Shown in pieces: positions 9,179 through 19,307 of a stretch of DNA of 45,296 bases. Numbering within the stretch: position 1 is the first letter of the stretch; the number at the start of each line of letters is the position of its first letter. Source of the DNA: a virus (lineage: Duplodnaviria > Heunggongvirae > Uroviricota > Caudoviricetes); the IMG/VR virus record IMGVR_UViG_2541047948_000009. One strand, 5' to 3'. The translations under genes were made by a program, and so were the position numbers. Under the pieces are notes generated by a model that was not told the origin of the DNA, made no database searches, and saw only the letters and a list, made by a program, of their open reading frames with translations.

Positions 9179-9349
9179 TTGTGTCATGAGCAGCATTACG
9201 CCCAAATTATGGTGGGGCGTGCAGGGCCAACTTCGGTTGGGCCGGGTTCTTTGGTGACCGGTATTTCCACCCCTGTACGTCTCACCACCAATAAGGTCGT
9301 GGAAAGCCTTGGTGGTGAGTTATTAAAAATCACCAAAGAGGCTGCCATC

Positions 9350-9895
9350 ATGGCTACGATCCCAACCCTCACTCAACCTGAAATTGCCATCGTTGATGGT
9401 CAGGCTGTTACTTCATCCCTGGCTGTTGCCAACTTCTTCTCCAAACGTCATGACGATGTACTGAAAAAGATCCGCACGCTTGAATGTTCCGCATCATTCA
9501 CTGCCCGCAATTTTTCGGTGAGTGATTACACCGATTGCACAGGCCGCAAACTACCTTGCTATCAAATAACCCGCGACGGCTTTGCGTTTCTTGCTATGGG
9601 TTTCACGGGTAAACGTGCTGCCCAGTTCAAAGAGGCATACATCAATGCCTTTAACCAGATGGAGAAACAGCTTTCAAAGCCCGCTGTACCGAGCGACGTT
9701 GCACATAACGCCAGCGTTCTCTGTTCCTACATTTCATCAATTCATCAGGTCTGGCTGCAGCAGCTTTATCCTATGTTGGCAAAAGCCGAATCTCCGCTGG
9801 CTGTTAGCTTATATGACTATATTAATGATGCTTCGGCGCTGGCCTGCCTCATAAATTTGTCGCTGAACCCTTCAGAGGTAAGGGGGCGCAAATGA
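9350..9895 (+). CDS. Rha-family phage regulatory protein
   Basis: Start at the internal ATG 9350 (AAAGAGG RBS); N-terminus MATIPTLTQPEIAIVDGQAVTSSLAVANFFSKRHDDVLKKIRTL is typical of the Rha domain; the 5' extension of the track ORF looks non-coding. Confidence 0.7.
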   Translation: MATIPTLTQPEIAIVDGQAVTSSLAVANFFSKRHDDVLKKIRTLECSASFTARNFSVSDYTDCTGRKLPCYQITRDGFAFLAMGFTGKRAAQFKEAYINAFNQMEKQLSKPAVPSDVAHNASVLCSYISSIHQVWLQQLYPMLAKAESPLAVSLYDYINDASALACLINLSLNPSEVRGRK

Positions 9896-10116
9896 TCCGG
9901 AATATTTTCAAACGTTTTACCAATCAGACTTTCCGTTGTCCTCGTCCGGGTCAGTGGTACACCACGCCTGCAGGGCATGTTCTACGTGTTAGCCTGGTTG
10001 ACCGTGAATGTCAGAAGGTGATTTGTGAACCGCTGGGCCGTAATTACCGCGTCAGTATGCCGCTTATAGCCTTTTGCTCCGGAAAAAACATGAAGCATCT
10101 CGGAGGTGCAGCATGA
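9892..10116 (+). CDS. Hypothetical small protein, translationally coupled
   Basis: 74 aa; ATGA start/stop overlaps with both neighbours. Confidence 0.4.
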   Translation: MIRNIFKRFTNQTFRCPRPGQWYTTPAGHVLRVSLVDRECQKVICEPLGRNYRVSMPLIAFCSGKNMKHLGGAA

Positions 10117-10931
10117 GTATGGAGCTGATGGTTAAAGCGATGAAAATTCGAGTGGGTAATCCATTGCGAAAACTGGTTCTGATCAAGCTGGCTGATAATG
10201 CCAGCGATCAGGGTGAGTGCTGGCCCAGCTACCAGCATATTGCTGACCAGTGCGAGATTAGCAAACGTTCTGTGATGAATCATATTGCGGCCCTTTGTGA
10301 TTCCGGGCTGGTAAAAAAAGTCACCCGGAAAGGTGAAAAAGGTAACTCAAGTAATATCTATCTCCTTCATCTTGATGGTGCAGGAGATTCACTAGGGGGT
10401 AGTGCAAATAATTCACTATCTGGTGCAGCAAATTCACCAGGTAGTGCAGGAGTTGCACCAGGGGGTGGTGCAGGAGATTCACCCAGAACCAGTCACTCTT
10501 TTGAACCAGTCAAAGAACCAGTCAATGAACCAATAGCTGTTGGTGCATCTGCTGATGAGTCTGTGCGAGTTCGTTCAAACCGACCGGAATACTCTCCGGA
10601 GTTTGAGCAGGCATGGCTGGCATACCCCAAACGTGCTGGTGGCAATTCAAAATCTGCAGCCTTCAAAGCCTGGAAAGCCCGTTTGAATGAGGGGGTAAAA
10701 CCCGAAACCATGCTGGAAGGTGTGAAACGCTACGCGGGCTGGGTATCTGCGATGGGTAACAGCGGCACACAATTTGTGAAACAGGCTGTCACGTTCTTTG
10801 GTCCGGATCGTCATTTCGAAGAATCCTGGGAAGTTCCTGCGGTATCTGCAGCCAGACGCGAGGACCCGTACTTCAAAGCCAGTTACGACAACGTGGACTA
10901 CAGCCAGATCCCGGCAGGATTCAGGGGGTAA
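10113..10931 (+). CDS. Replication-associated HTH protein (O/DnaD-like N-terminal HTH, Gly/Ser-rich linker, conserved C-terminal domain)
   Basis: Start at ATG 10113 (GGAGG RBS); HTH region PSYQHIADQCEISKRSVMNHIAALCDSGLV; low-complexity linker; C-terminal EFEQAWLAYPKRAGGNSKSAAFKAWKARL. Confidence 0.5.
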   Translation: MSMELMVKAMKIRVGNPLRKLVLIKLADNASDQGECWPSYQHIADQCEISKRSVMNHIAALCDSGLVKKVTRKGEKGNSSNIYLLHLDGAGDSLGGSANNSLSGAANSPGSAGVAPGGGAGDSPRTSHSFEPVKEPVNEPIAVGASADESVRVRSNRPEYSPEFEQAWLAYPKRAGGNSKSAAFKAWKARLNEGVKPETMLEGVKRYAGWVSAMGNSGTQFVKQAVTFFGPDRHFEESWEVPAVSAARREDPYFKASYDNVDYSQIPAGFRG

Positions 10932-10933
10932 TC

Positions 10934-11422
10934 ATGAGTCTTTTGAATGAAGTTCAGAAATTCATTGAAGCCCATCCGGGGTGTACTTCCGGAGACATTG
11001 CAGATGCTTTTGCAGGTTACTCACGGCAGCGCGTTCTGCAGTCAGCAAGCAAGTTACGTCAGAGTGGGCGTGTGGCTCACCGTTGTGAAGGAGATACACG
11101 CAGACATTTCCCGCGCCTGACTGAGAGAGCGCAGGAGCCGGAACCACAACCAGTTCGTGAAACCAGACCTGTGCGCAATTTCTATGTCGGCACTAACGAT
11201 CCCCGGGTAATTTTGTGCCTGACCCGCCAGGCTGAAGAACTGGAGTCCAGGGGCTTATACCGTCGTGCTGCAACCGTGTGGATGGCGGCATTCCGTGAAA
11301 GCCACTCCCAGTCAGAACGAAACAATTTTCTGGCGCGCCGTGAGCGGTGCTTACGGAAAAGCAGCAAGCGCGCTGTATCGGGTGATGAGTGGTATCTGTC
11401 AGGGAATTACGTGTGGGCTTAA
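10934..11422 (+). CDS. Hypothetical regulator with possible PerC-like C-terminal region
   Basis: 162 aa; motif LESRGLYRRAATVWMAAFRE reminiscent of PerC-family activators (memory-based); coupled to neighbours. Confidence 0.35.
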   Translation: MSLLNEVQKFIEAHPGCTSGDIADAFAGYSRQRVLQSASKLRQSGRVAHRCEGDTRRHFPRLTERAQEPEPQPVRETRPVRNFYVGTNDPRVILCLTRQAEELESRGLYRRAATVWMAAFRESHSQSERNNFLARRERCLRKSSKRAVSGDEWYLSGNYVWA

Positions 11423-11748
11423 TGACGACGTTAACTCAATGCCAGCAGCAGGTGCTGGATATGCTGATTTCTTATCAGAAAGAACGTGGTTTCCCGCCAA
11501 CCAATCAGGAGGTGGCAGCCATGCTGGGATACCGTTCGGTGAATGCAGCGGTGGAGCATCTTCGCGCACTGGAGAAAAAAGGCGTCATCACGATAAAGCG
11601 TGGCGTGGCCCGGGGTATCACGCTTCATACCACAGTGAAGGACGACGACAGCGAGGCAGCCGGGATTATCCGTGCACTGCTTGCCGGTGAGGAAAACGCC
11701 AGACTGCGTGCAGCCCACTGGTTACATGAGAGGGGCCTGAAAGTATGA
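11422..11748 (+). CDS. LexA DNA-binding-domain-like protein lacking the peptidase domain
   Basis: Start at ATG 11422 (TAATG overlap); LTQCQQQVLDMLISYQKERGFPPTNQEVAAMLGYRSVNAAVEHLRALEKKGVI parallels the LexA N-terminal winged helix; no S24 domain follows. Confidence 0.6.
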   Translation: MTTLTQCQQQVLDMLISYQKERGFPPTNQEVAAMLGYRSVNAAVEHLRALEKKGVITIKRGVARGITLHTTVKDDDSEAAGIIRALLAGEENARLRAAHWLHERGLKV

Positions 11749-12134
11749 AGCTGATCCTGCCTTTCCCGCCCAGCGTGAACACGTACTGGCGACACCCCAA
11801 CAAAGGGGCGTTTGCTGGTAAGAGCCTGATAAGCGCGGCGGGGCGCAAATTCCAGAGCGCGGCGTGTGCAGCAATATTTGAGCAGTTACGTCGTCTGCCA
11901 AAACCAACGTCGGCACCTGCTTCAGTGGAGATCGTGTTGTTTCCTCCGGATAACCGGATCCGCGATCTGGACAACTATAACAAGGCGCTGTTTGACGCCC
12001 TGACCCACGCGGGTGTGTGGGAAGACGACAGTCAGGTGAAAAGAATGCTGGTGGAGTGGGGACCGGTTATCCCGGAAGGGAAGGTCGAGATCACTATCAG
12101 TAAGTACGAGAAAACGGCGGGTGCAGCCGCCTGA
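11745..12134 (+). CDS. rusA: RusA-family Holliday junction resolvase
   Basis: 129 aa; LPFPPSVNTYWRH ... RDLDNYNKALFDALTHAGVWEDDSQV match RusA conserved motifs. Confidence 0.85.
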   Translation: MKLILPFPPSVNTYWRHPNKGAFAGKSLISAAGRKFQSAACAAIFEQLRRLPKPTSAPASVEIVLFPPDNRIRDLDNYNKALFDALTHAGVWEDDSQVKRMLVEWGPVIPEGKVEITISKYEKTAGAAA

Positions 12135-12153
12135 TTAAGAGGAGAAACGAAGT

Positions 12154-12951
12154 ATGAATAATCTGATGGTTATTGATGGTATTGAAGTTCGTCGTGATGC
12201 TTATGGGCGTTACAGCCTGAACGATCTGCACAGGGCTGCTGGTTCTCTGGATAAGCATAAGCCCGCATTCTGGCTCCGCAATGAGCAAACTGAGCGTTTA
12301 ATAAGCGAGTTGCAGATTTGCAACTCGGTCAATATAGAGCCAGTTAACGTTATTCGTGGCGGAAATAACCAGGGGACGTATGTCTGCAAAGAACTGGTGT
12401 ATGCCTATGCAATGTGGATCAGCCCGTCATTCCATCTGAAGGTGATCCGTACTTTCGACATGGTAACCAGCGCACCGGAAAAATTATCCGGACAGGCTGC
12501 TGACAAGATGCAGGCTGGTGTGATTCTGCTGGACTTTATGCGCCGGGAATTAAACCTGTCTAACTCTTCAGTGCTTGGTGCCTGCCAGAAACTCCAGGAG
12601 GCTGTTGGCTTACCGAATCTGGCACCGCGCTATGCCATTGATGCTCCTGCTGATGCACACGATGGCTCAAGTCGCCCCACGCTGTCTCTGAGTGCACTGC
12701 TGAGGCAGTATGGTATCCGCCTGACGGCTAATCAGGCATATCACCAGATGGTGAAGCTGGGGATCGTTGAACAACGCGAACGATACAGCCGTACCGCGAT
12801 TAACAACATCAAAAAATTCTGGTCGCTGACGGCGAAAGGCTGCATGTTCGGCAAGAACATCACCAGTCCTGCAAATCCGCGCGAGACGCAGCCGCATTTC
12901 TTCGAATCCCGATTCCCTGAGCTGTTAAAGCTGCTCGATACCGTTCATTGA
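12154..12951 (+). CDS. KilA-N domain antirepressor-like protein
   Basis: 265 aa; N-terminal KilA-N-like region (IDGIEVRRDAYGRYSLNDLHRAAG...PAFWLRNEQT) and C-terminal antirepressor-type domain. Confidence 0.65.
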   Translation: MNNLMVIDGIEVRRDAYGRYSLNDLHRAAGSLDKHKPAFWLRNEQTERLISELQICNSVNIEPVNVIRGGNNQGTYVCKELVYAYAMWISPSFHLKVIRTFDMVTSAPEKLSGQAADKMQAGVILLDFMRRELNLSNSSVLGACQKLQEAVGLPNLAPRYAIDAPADAHDGSSRPTLSLSALLRQYGIRLTANQAYHQMVKLGIVEQRERYSRTAINNIKKFWSLTAKGCMFGKNITSPANPRETQPHFFESRFPELLKLLDTVH

Positions 12952-12952
12952 G

Positions 12953-13948
12953 GTGACCGTGAGAGCACTACTGACCCCTGAAATTGCCCCGCGTATGGGG
13001 ATTGTATTGTTCAGGCCAGGTTCAGAGCTGATGCCCCTGTTTATGCAGGGGCGTGTCCTGCTGGAGCCTGAGCCGGAACGTTATTCATCTTTCGCCAGTG
13101 GTGCCGTTCCGGCGGCATCACAACCGCTGGCGGATGATCCTGCCGTTCGGGCCGTGTTCCGCAATGAGGCAGTGATCCGTCGTGCTGGTGGCGTGGAATG
13201 TCTTGAAAGCTGGTTACTTCGTGAAAAGGGCTGTCAGTGGCCTCATTCCGACTGGCACAGCGAGAACATGACCACAATGCGGCACGCTCCGGGAGCAATT
13301 CGTCTGTGCTGGCACTGCGATAACCAGCTGCGTGACCAGTTCACGGAACGGCTGGAATCAATGGCAACGGATAACTGTGCCCGCTGGGTGTTGTCTGTCG
13401 TGCGTCGGGATCTCGGTTTTGATGACAGTCACGTTGTGACAATGCCGGAACTGTGCTGGTGGCTGGTTCGTAATGATTTGGCGGATGCCTTACCGGAAAG
13501 TGCAGCCCGTAAGGCACTGAGATTACCGAAGCCTGTTGTGCCATCTGTCACCCGGGAAAGTGACCTTGTGCCTTCGGTTCCTGCCACCAGCATCATCCAG
13601 GATAAAGCGAAAAAGGTGCTGGCGCTGAAAGTGGATCCGGAGTCGCCGGAGTCTTTTATGTTACGCCCCAAACGTCGCCGCTGGGTTAATGAAAAGTACA
13701 CGCGCTGGGTTAAGACGCAGCCGTGCGCATGTTGTGGAAAGCCAGCTGATGATCCCCACCACCTGATAGGCCACGGTCAGGGTGGAATGGGTACAAAAGC
13801 GCATGATCTCTTTGTGTTGCCTTTGTGCAGAAAGCATCACGACGAGCTGCATGCGGATACCGTGACATTTGAAGAGAAGTATGGCTCCCAACTGGAGCTG
13901 ATATTTCGTTTTATCGATCGTGCGCTGGCAATTGGCGTACTGGCGTAA
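12953..13948 (+). CDS. DUF968-like nin-region protein with C-terminal Cys/His (HNH-like) motif
   Basis: 331 aa; C-terminal CACCGKPADDPHHLIGHGQGGMGTKAHD...LCRKHHDELH; GTG start (or GTG 12959 with GGTGA RBS). Confidence 0.5.
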   Translation: MTVRALLTPEIAPRMGIVLFRPGSELMPLFMQGRVLLEPEPERYSSFASGAVPAASQPLADDPAVRAVFRNEAVIRRAGGVECLESWLLREKGCQWPHSDWHSENMTTMRHAPGAIRLCWHCDNQLRDQFTERLESMATDNCARWVLSVVRRDLGFDDSHVVTMPELCWWLVRNDLADALPESAARKALRLPKPVVPSVTRESDLVPSVPATSIIQDKAKKVLALKVDPESPESFMLRPKRRRWVNEKYTRWVKTQPCACCGKPADDPHHLIGHGQGGMGTKAHDLFVLPLCRKHHDELHADTVTFEEKYGSQLELIFRFIDRALAIGVLA

Positions 13949-13961
13949 GTGGAGAACGAGC

Positions 13962-14714
13962 ATGAACCTTGAAGCCTTACCAAAATATTACTCCCCAAAA
14001 TCTCCAAAATTGAGTGATGCCGCACCGGCGACAGGCTCAGGTGGTTTAACGATTACGGATGTGATGGCTGCGCAGGGGATGGTGCAGTCGAAAGCACCGC
14101 TTGGGTTTGCCTTATTCCTGGCAAAAGCTGGCGTTCAGGATCCTCAGTTTGCGATTGAAGGTCTGCTCAATTACGCGATGGCACTGGATAACCCGACATT
14201 GAACAAATTGAGTGAAGAAATCCGGTTACAGATCATCCCTTACCTTGTGAGTTTTGCCTTTGCTGATTATTCCAGGTCTGCGGCAAGTAAGGCTCGCTGT
14301 GAGCCTTGTGCTGGTACTGGATTTCATAATGTATTGCGCGAAGTGGTGAAATACTCCAGAAGCGGGGAGTCTGTTATCAAGGAAGAGTGGGTGAAGGAAC
14401 TATGTCAGCATTGTCATGGTAAGGGAGAAGTCAGCACAGCGTGCAGAGGGTGTAAGGGTAAAGGTATTGTCCTGGATGAAAAAAGGACCCGGCTTCATGG
14501 CGCGCCTGTTTATAAGATTTGTGGGCGTTGCAATGGAAACCGGTTTAGTCGTTTACCAACGACACTGGCGCGGTGTCATGTCCAGAAGCTGGTACCAGAC
14601 CTGACTGATTATCAGTGGTACAAAGGATATGCAGATGTCATTGATAAACTGGTTACAAAGTGCTGGCAGGAAGAAGCATATGCTGAGGTGCAATTAAGAA
14701 AAGTGACGAGATAA
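13962..14714 (+). CDS. Late-gene antiterminator Q (Qin/phage-82 type, zinc-binding)
   Basis: Start at ATG 13962 (GGAGA RBS); Cys clusters CEPCAGTG and CQHCHGKG...CRGCKGKG; lies immediately upstream of a strong promoter plus terminator. Confidence 0.7.
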   Translation: MNLEALPKYYSPKSPKLSDAAPATGSGGLTITDVMAAQGMVQSKAPLGFALFLAKAGVQDPQFAIEGLLNYAMALDNPTLNKLSEEIRLQIIPYLVSFAFADYSRSAASKARCEPCAGTGFHNVLREVVKYSRSGESVIKEEWVKELCQHCHGKGEVSTACRGCKGKGIVLDEKRTRLHGAPVYKICGRCNGNRFSRLPTTLARCHVQKLVPDLTDYQWYKGYADVIDKLVTKCWQEEAYAEVQLRKVTR

Positions 14715-14745
14715 ATGATTTTCGCCGAAGATGGCGACGTAATGC

Positions 14746-14774
14746 TTGCATTTTTCAAAAAATATGGATAAAAT
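14746..14774 (+). promoter_or_regulatory. Late promoter pR' candidate (-35 TTGCAT, 17-bp spacer, -10 TAAAAT)
   Basis: TTGCAT at 14746-14751, 17-bp spacer, TAAAAT at 14769-14774, directly downstream of Q. Confidence 0.5.
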
Positions 14775-14820
14775 TTTTTCAACGATGGGCTTTATATACC
14801 CGACGTTAAGAAAAAGTAGA

Positions 14821-14847
14821 AAACCCGCTGATGAGCGGGTTTTTGTG
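14821..14847 (+). terminator. tR'-like intrinsic terminator (target of Q antitermination)
   Basis: CCCGCT-gatg-AGCGGG followed by TTTTTG, about 50 nt downstream of the putative pR'. Confidence 0.6.
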
Positions 14848-15129
14848 CTTTAGATAGGGTAATAGAGATGTTGAATCTCATTCCGGGATTCATGTTTGTT
14901 TACTTATTATTTATCGGGTGACTTTGCCTGATGTTTAAAATGTTTTCTTCCAGTACTATGTCCCTAGATACAATGAGTCTGCATATTACATTATTAGCAG
15001 AGCTATTACGGTCAAAGTACAGCGTAAGCTTTTAAAGCCAATCAACCAGTCATCAAGACAGACGGGGTTATTCATGAAAACTCTCCATGTTTGATTCGAT
15101 GGGGCCTGAAATTAAAGCTTTAATATAGC

Positions 15130-15342
15130 TCATGAAAGGTAAACATTGGCAGCTGAAGGGCCACGCAGACCATTTATCCGGCAAAATTCCACGCGTAATC
15201 CGGTGGTAATTTCTTCTGCATCGCGGAGATTGAGCGCTGAAACATGAAGCTGGACATCGATACGACCATCGGATGGGGTGATAAGACCCTTGCCGCTTTT
15301 GCCGTCAAAGGTTTTGACAATTCCTGTCATTTTACGGGACAA
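15130..15342 (-). CDS. Cold-shock-domain protein, CspF/CspH type
   Basis: 70 aa; [27 protein letters not shown]...[20 protein letters not shown] matches recalled CspF/CspH sequences. Confidence 0.8.
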
Positions 15343-15642
15343 AAAAATTCCTTAATACTGATAACTGGGCGCACTATACACACGTTCCTGAAGAAAGCTA
15401 TAGTTTTTTGATGGGGTTGAAGATGGCTGGATGTCTAAAATAAACATTGCTTCATATGTTCAACTATGCGTTAATGATTGCGTCGGTTTGAAGAACAGAC
15501 GATATACGAAGTAGTTTACTAAAGCAGTTCTCATTTCAGGTGTTATTCACTTATTCCTTCTTTGAGTCTCTCCAATTAAGTACGAAGTCGTTTCTGTTAT
15601 ACAAGCCATTTATGCCGAAAGGCTCAAGTTAAGGAATGTAGA

Positions 15643-15858
15643 ATGTCAAATAAAATGACTGGTTTAGTAAAATGGTTTAACGCTGATAAAGGTTTTGGCT
15701 TTATTTCTCCTGTTGATGGTAGTAAAGATGTGTTTGTGCATTTTTCTGCGATTCAGAATGATAATTTTCGAACCTTATTTGAAGGTCAAAAGGTTACCTT
15801 CTCTGTAGAGAGTGGTGCTAAAGGTCCTGCAGCAGCAAATGTCATAATTACTGATTAA
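15643..15858 (+). CDS. cspB: Cold-shock protein CspB-like
   Basis: 71 aa; [38 protein letters not shown] with RNP1/RNP2 motifs; long AT-rich 5' UTR typical of csp genes. Confidence 0.85.
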   Translation: MSNKMTGLVKWFNADKGFGFISPVDGSKDVFVHFSAIQNDNFRTLFEGQKVTFSVESGAKGPAAANVIITD

Positions 15859-16140
15859 AATTCATAGTTTGTCTGTATACGATAACGAAGAAGGCTGATG
15901 CCTGAGTGGAGATACAGACAGAGTGGTGAATATTGGATCTCTTTAATAAATAGTAAGGAGGTCCAATACATGAAACAATGGCCAGCATATTTGGCAATAA
16001 CTTAATCAGGAAAAGTATGCTAACCATTGTGGTGAAGTGCAGGTTTGCTGCATGAATAGTTTTACAGCAGAAGCTAACTGCTGGCATAGCAAAACAAAGT
16101 GCGTAAGTGGATGACTCCCACAAAAAGTACCACAATATTA

Positions 16141-16166
16141 AACCCGCTCAGGCGGGTTTTTTATTA
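16141..16166 (+). terminator. Intrinsic terminator
   Basis: AAACCCGC-tcag-GCGGGTTT followed by TTTTATT. Confidence 0.5.
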
Positions 16167-16221
16167 TCTGCTTTAAATATGTTATTAAAATATAAAAAAT
16201 ACTTGTTACGAATAAAATCAA

Positions 16222-16392
16222 TCAAGCTACAGCTTTAAGATTTGTCTGGAATACTTTGTTGCAATGAGGGCAGATCAAAAGGGCACCTTTTTGTACTCTT
16301 GAAAAACTGTGTTCTGACTCTTGGGTGCAGTTTGGGCAGGAACATTTAACGAGATAATTACGGCGTGATTTTGAGTCTTTACGTTCTGACAT
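16222..16392 (-). CDS. Small zinc-ribbon protein (YnfU-like)
   Basis: Start at the internal ATG 16390-16392 (AGGAAAA RBS), 56 aa; CxCPxC ... CPHC arrangement. Confidence 0.45.
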   Translation of the reverse strand: MSERKDSKSRRNYLVKCSCPNCTQESEHSFSRVQKGALLICPHCNKVFQTNLKAVA

Positions 16393-16610
16393 AGGCTTTT
16401 CCTGTATAAATGGCCGTATACAGTACACTAAATATGAAAACATATCTCGTATTATTATTTAATATATGATTTTCTTTTAAAATAATTACCCACATTTTTA
16501 ATGTGTCTGTTTTTTAGCGCCGTTGAGAACAACGTTTGCTATAAAAACTAACCCATAGACTCCGATCTTTTCAAACATATTGCACCATCTGTGTACATCG
16601 GGGTGAGGAT

Positions 16611-16826
16611 ATGAAATCAATGGATAAGTTAACAACAGGTATCGCCTATGGCACATCGGCTGGTAATGCTGGTTTCTGGGCATTGCAGTTACTCGATAAA
16701 GTAACTCCGTCACAGTGGGCTGCAATCGGTGTGCTGGGTAGTCTGGTTTTTGGCCTGCTGACGTATCTGACAAACCTTTATTTCAAGATTAAAGAAGACA
16801 GGCGTAAGGTTGCGAGAAGAGAGTAA
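16611..16826 (+). CDS. Class II pinholin (phage 21 S21-like) with dual-start motif
   Basis: 71 aa; [26 protein letters not shown]...[15 protein letters not shown] closely matches the recalled S21 sequence; Met1/Met4 dual start. Confidence 0.85.
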   Translation: MKSMDKLTTGIAYGTSAGNAGFWALQLLDKVTPSQWAAIGVLGSLVFGLLTYLTNLYFKIKEDRRKVARRE

Positions 16827-16830
16827 TCCA

Positions 16831-17382
16831 ATGACACAAGACTATGAACTGGTTGTGAAAGGAGTCCGCAATTTTGAGAATAAAGTGGCGGTAACTGTAG
16901 CCTTACGGGACAAAAAACGCTTTGACGGTGAAATTTTTGACCTGGACATCTCGCTGGACCGTGTTGAAGGTGCCGCGCTGGAGTTTTATGAGGCAGCAGC
17001 CAGAATGAGAATCAGACAGGTATTCCTGGATGTTGCTGCCGGGTTATGTGTAGGGGATGAGCAGTCGCCGGAAAAGCGCCCCATAATTTTAGAGGCGCAG
17101 AATGTGTGGATAACCTACAAAGGAAAGCTACCGGGAAGAATTACTGGTTCTCTGAAGACGCCACCGACGGCATTGCGGTCAGAAAAAGATGATATTGAAT
17201 CGCCCATTGAAAAACTGGAGGGCAGCGTCGCTGATCTGAATAAAAAATTGTCGGTGCTGATCCCTTCTGAAGATGAAAAAAAACGCCGCGATGAGCAGTT
17301 TGCGGCGTTTTACGATTATTGCATTGAAGTTACTCGCAGGAATTTTGTGAAGATTTTTGAGGAGGGTAAATCTCTTCAGTAA
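16831..17382 (+). CDS. Hypothetical protein inserted between holin and endolysin
   Basis: ORF in late-operon orientation; start placed at ATG 16831 (track start 16810); charged, helical composition; no recognised family. Confidence 0.45.
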   Translation: MTQDYELVVKGVRNFENKVAVTVALRDKKRFDGEIFDLDISLDRVEGAALEFYEAAARMRIRQVFLDVAAGLCVGDEQSPEKRPIILEAQNVWITYKGKLPGRITGSLKTPPTALRSEKDDIESPIEKLEGSVADLNKKLSVLIPSEDEKKRRDEQFAAFYDYCIEVTRRNFVKIFEEGKSLQ

Positions 17383-17590
17383 GCTTAATGGCGGACGCTG
17401 CAATTAATTCAGGAAGGTCCGCAAGGTCATCTGTCAGTGGATATGATGAAAAATCGGCGGCAGTTCTGTTAAGAAGCGCTTTAACTAATTCCTTTTCCTT
17501 CTCCGGCAACAAGTTGATTAGAGCTACGACTGCTTGCCTGAGTGCGATTAAATCAGCAAAAGTTTGTTTTGGTAGATTTGTGTAATCCAT
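17330..17590 (-). CDS. Hypothetical acidic protein, convergent with and overlapping the 3' end of the preceding gene
   Basis: 86 aa from ATG 17588-17590 with AGAGGTG RBS; protein-like composition; 53-nt 3' overlap with 16831..17382. Confidence 0.4.
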   Translation of the reverse strand: MDYTNLPKQTFADLIALRQAVVALINLLPEKEKELVKALLNRTAADFSSYPLTDDLADLPELIAASAIKLTEEIYPPQKSSQNSCE

Positions 17591-17703
17591 AGTCACCTCT
17601 GTGTTTATCAGATTGACATCCTCCTCCCGCCAGTGCCCATCACTGGTGAGGTAAGATTTAACATATCCGGGGATTTGAAGCCGATAAATCCTGATAAATA
17701 TCC

Positions 17704-18731
<1,028 letters not shown>

Positions 18732-19091
18732 ATTAATATTAAATCGGATTATTTTTAGCGCTGAATGTGAAATTTAAATAAAAAGGACTCTTCCATGAGT
18801 CAAAATCCTTGAAATCTTAAGGGTAAGATAAAAGGTCATTAGACAGAATGACACGTTTTATTAATAAATAAAGCTATTGTTTCATTCGTGTGTTTTTCTT
18901 TACAAAAGTAATCCTTGCTATGGTTGGTTAATCATGCGTTAATGGTGTTCTGGTTTGTTACAAAATTATCTGAAGCAGTCATTGTTATAATTTTATTATT
19001 TGTACCTCTTGAGATTTCCTTGTTGGTTTTTCTCTCTGATATTTTTTTTCGGACCATTCTGCCCAAGGGCTAACTTCTTCAAAAGGTAATA

Positions 19092-19307
19092 ATGATGTCT
19101 AACAAAATGACTGGTTTAGTGAAATGGTTTAACCCTGAAAAAGGTTTTGGTTTCATCACGCCGAAAGATGGTAGCAAAGATGTGTTTGTGCATTTCTCAG
19201 CTATTCAGAGCAACGATTTCAAAACGTTAACTGAGAATCAGGAAGTCGAATTTGGTATTGAGAACGGACCTAAAGGCCCTGCAGCTGTTCATGTAGTGGC
19301 ACTTTGA
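19092..19307 (+). CDS. cspI: Cold-shock protein CspI-like
   Basis: [70 protein letters not shown] matches the recalled CspI sequence. Confidence 0.85.
   Translation: MMSNKMTGLVKWFNPEKGFGFITPKDGSKDVFVHFSAIQSNDFKTLTENQEVEFGIENGPKGPAAVHVVAL

Noticed and set aside
8744-9349. 5' extension of the long ORF preceding the Rha domain
   Set aside because: Unnatural composition (His/Cys-rich, no domain features); the Rha domain starts at an internal ATG with a good RBS, and Rha domains are normally N-terminal.
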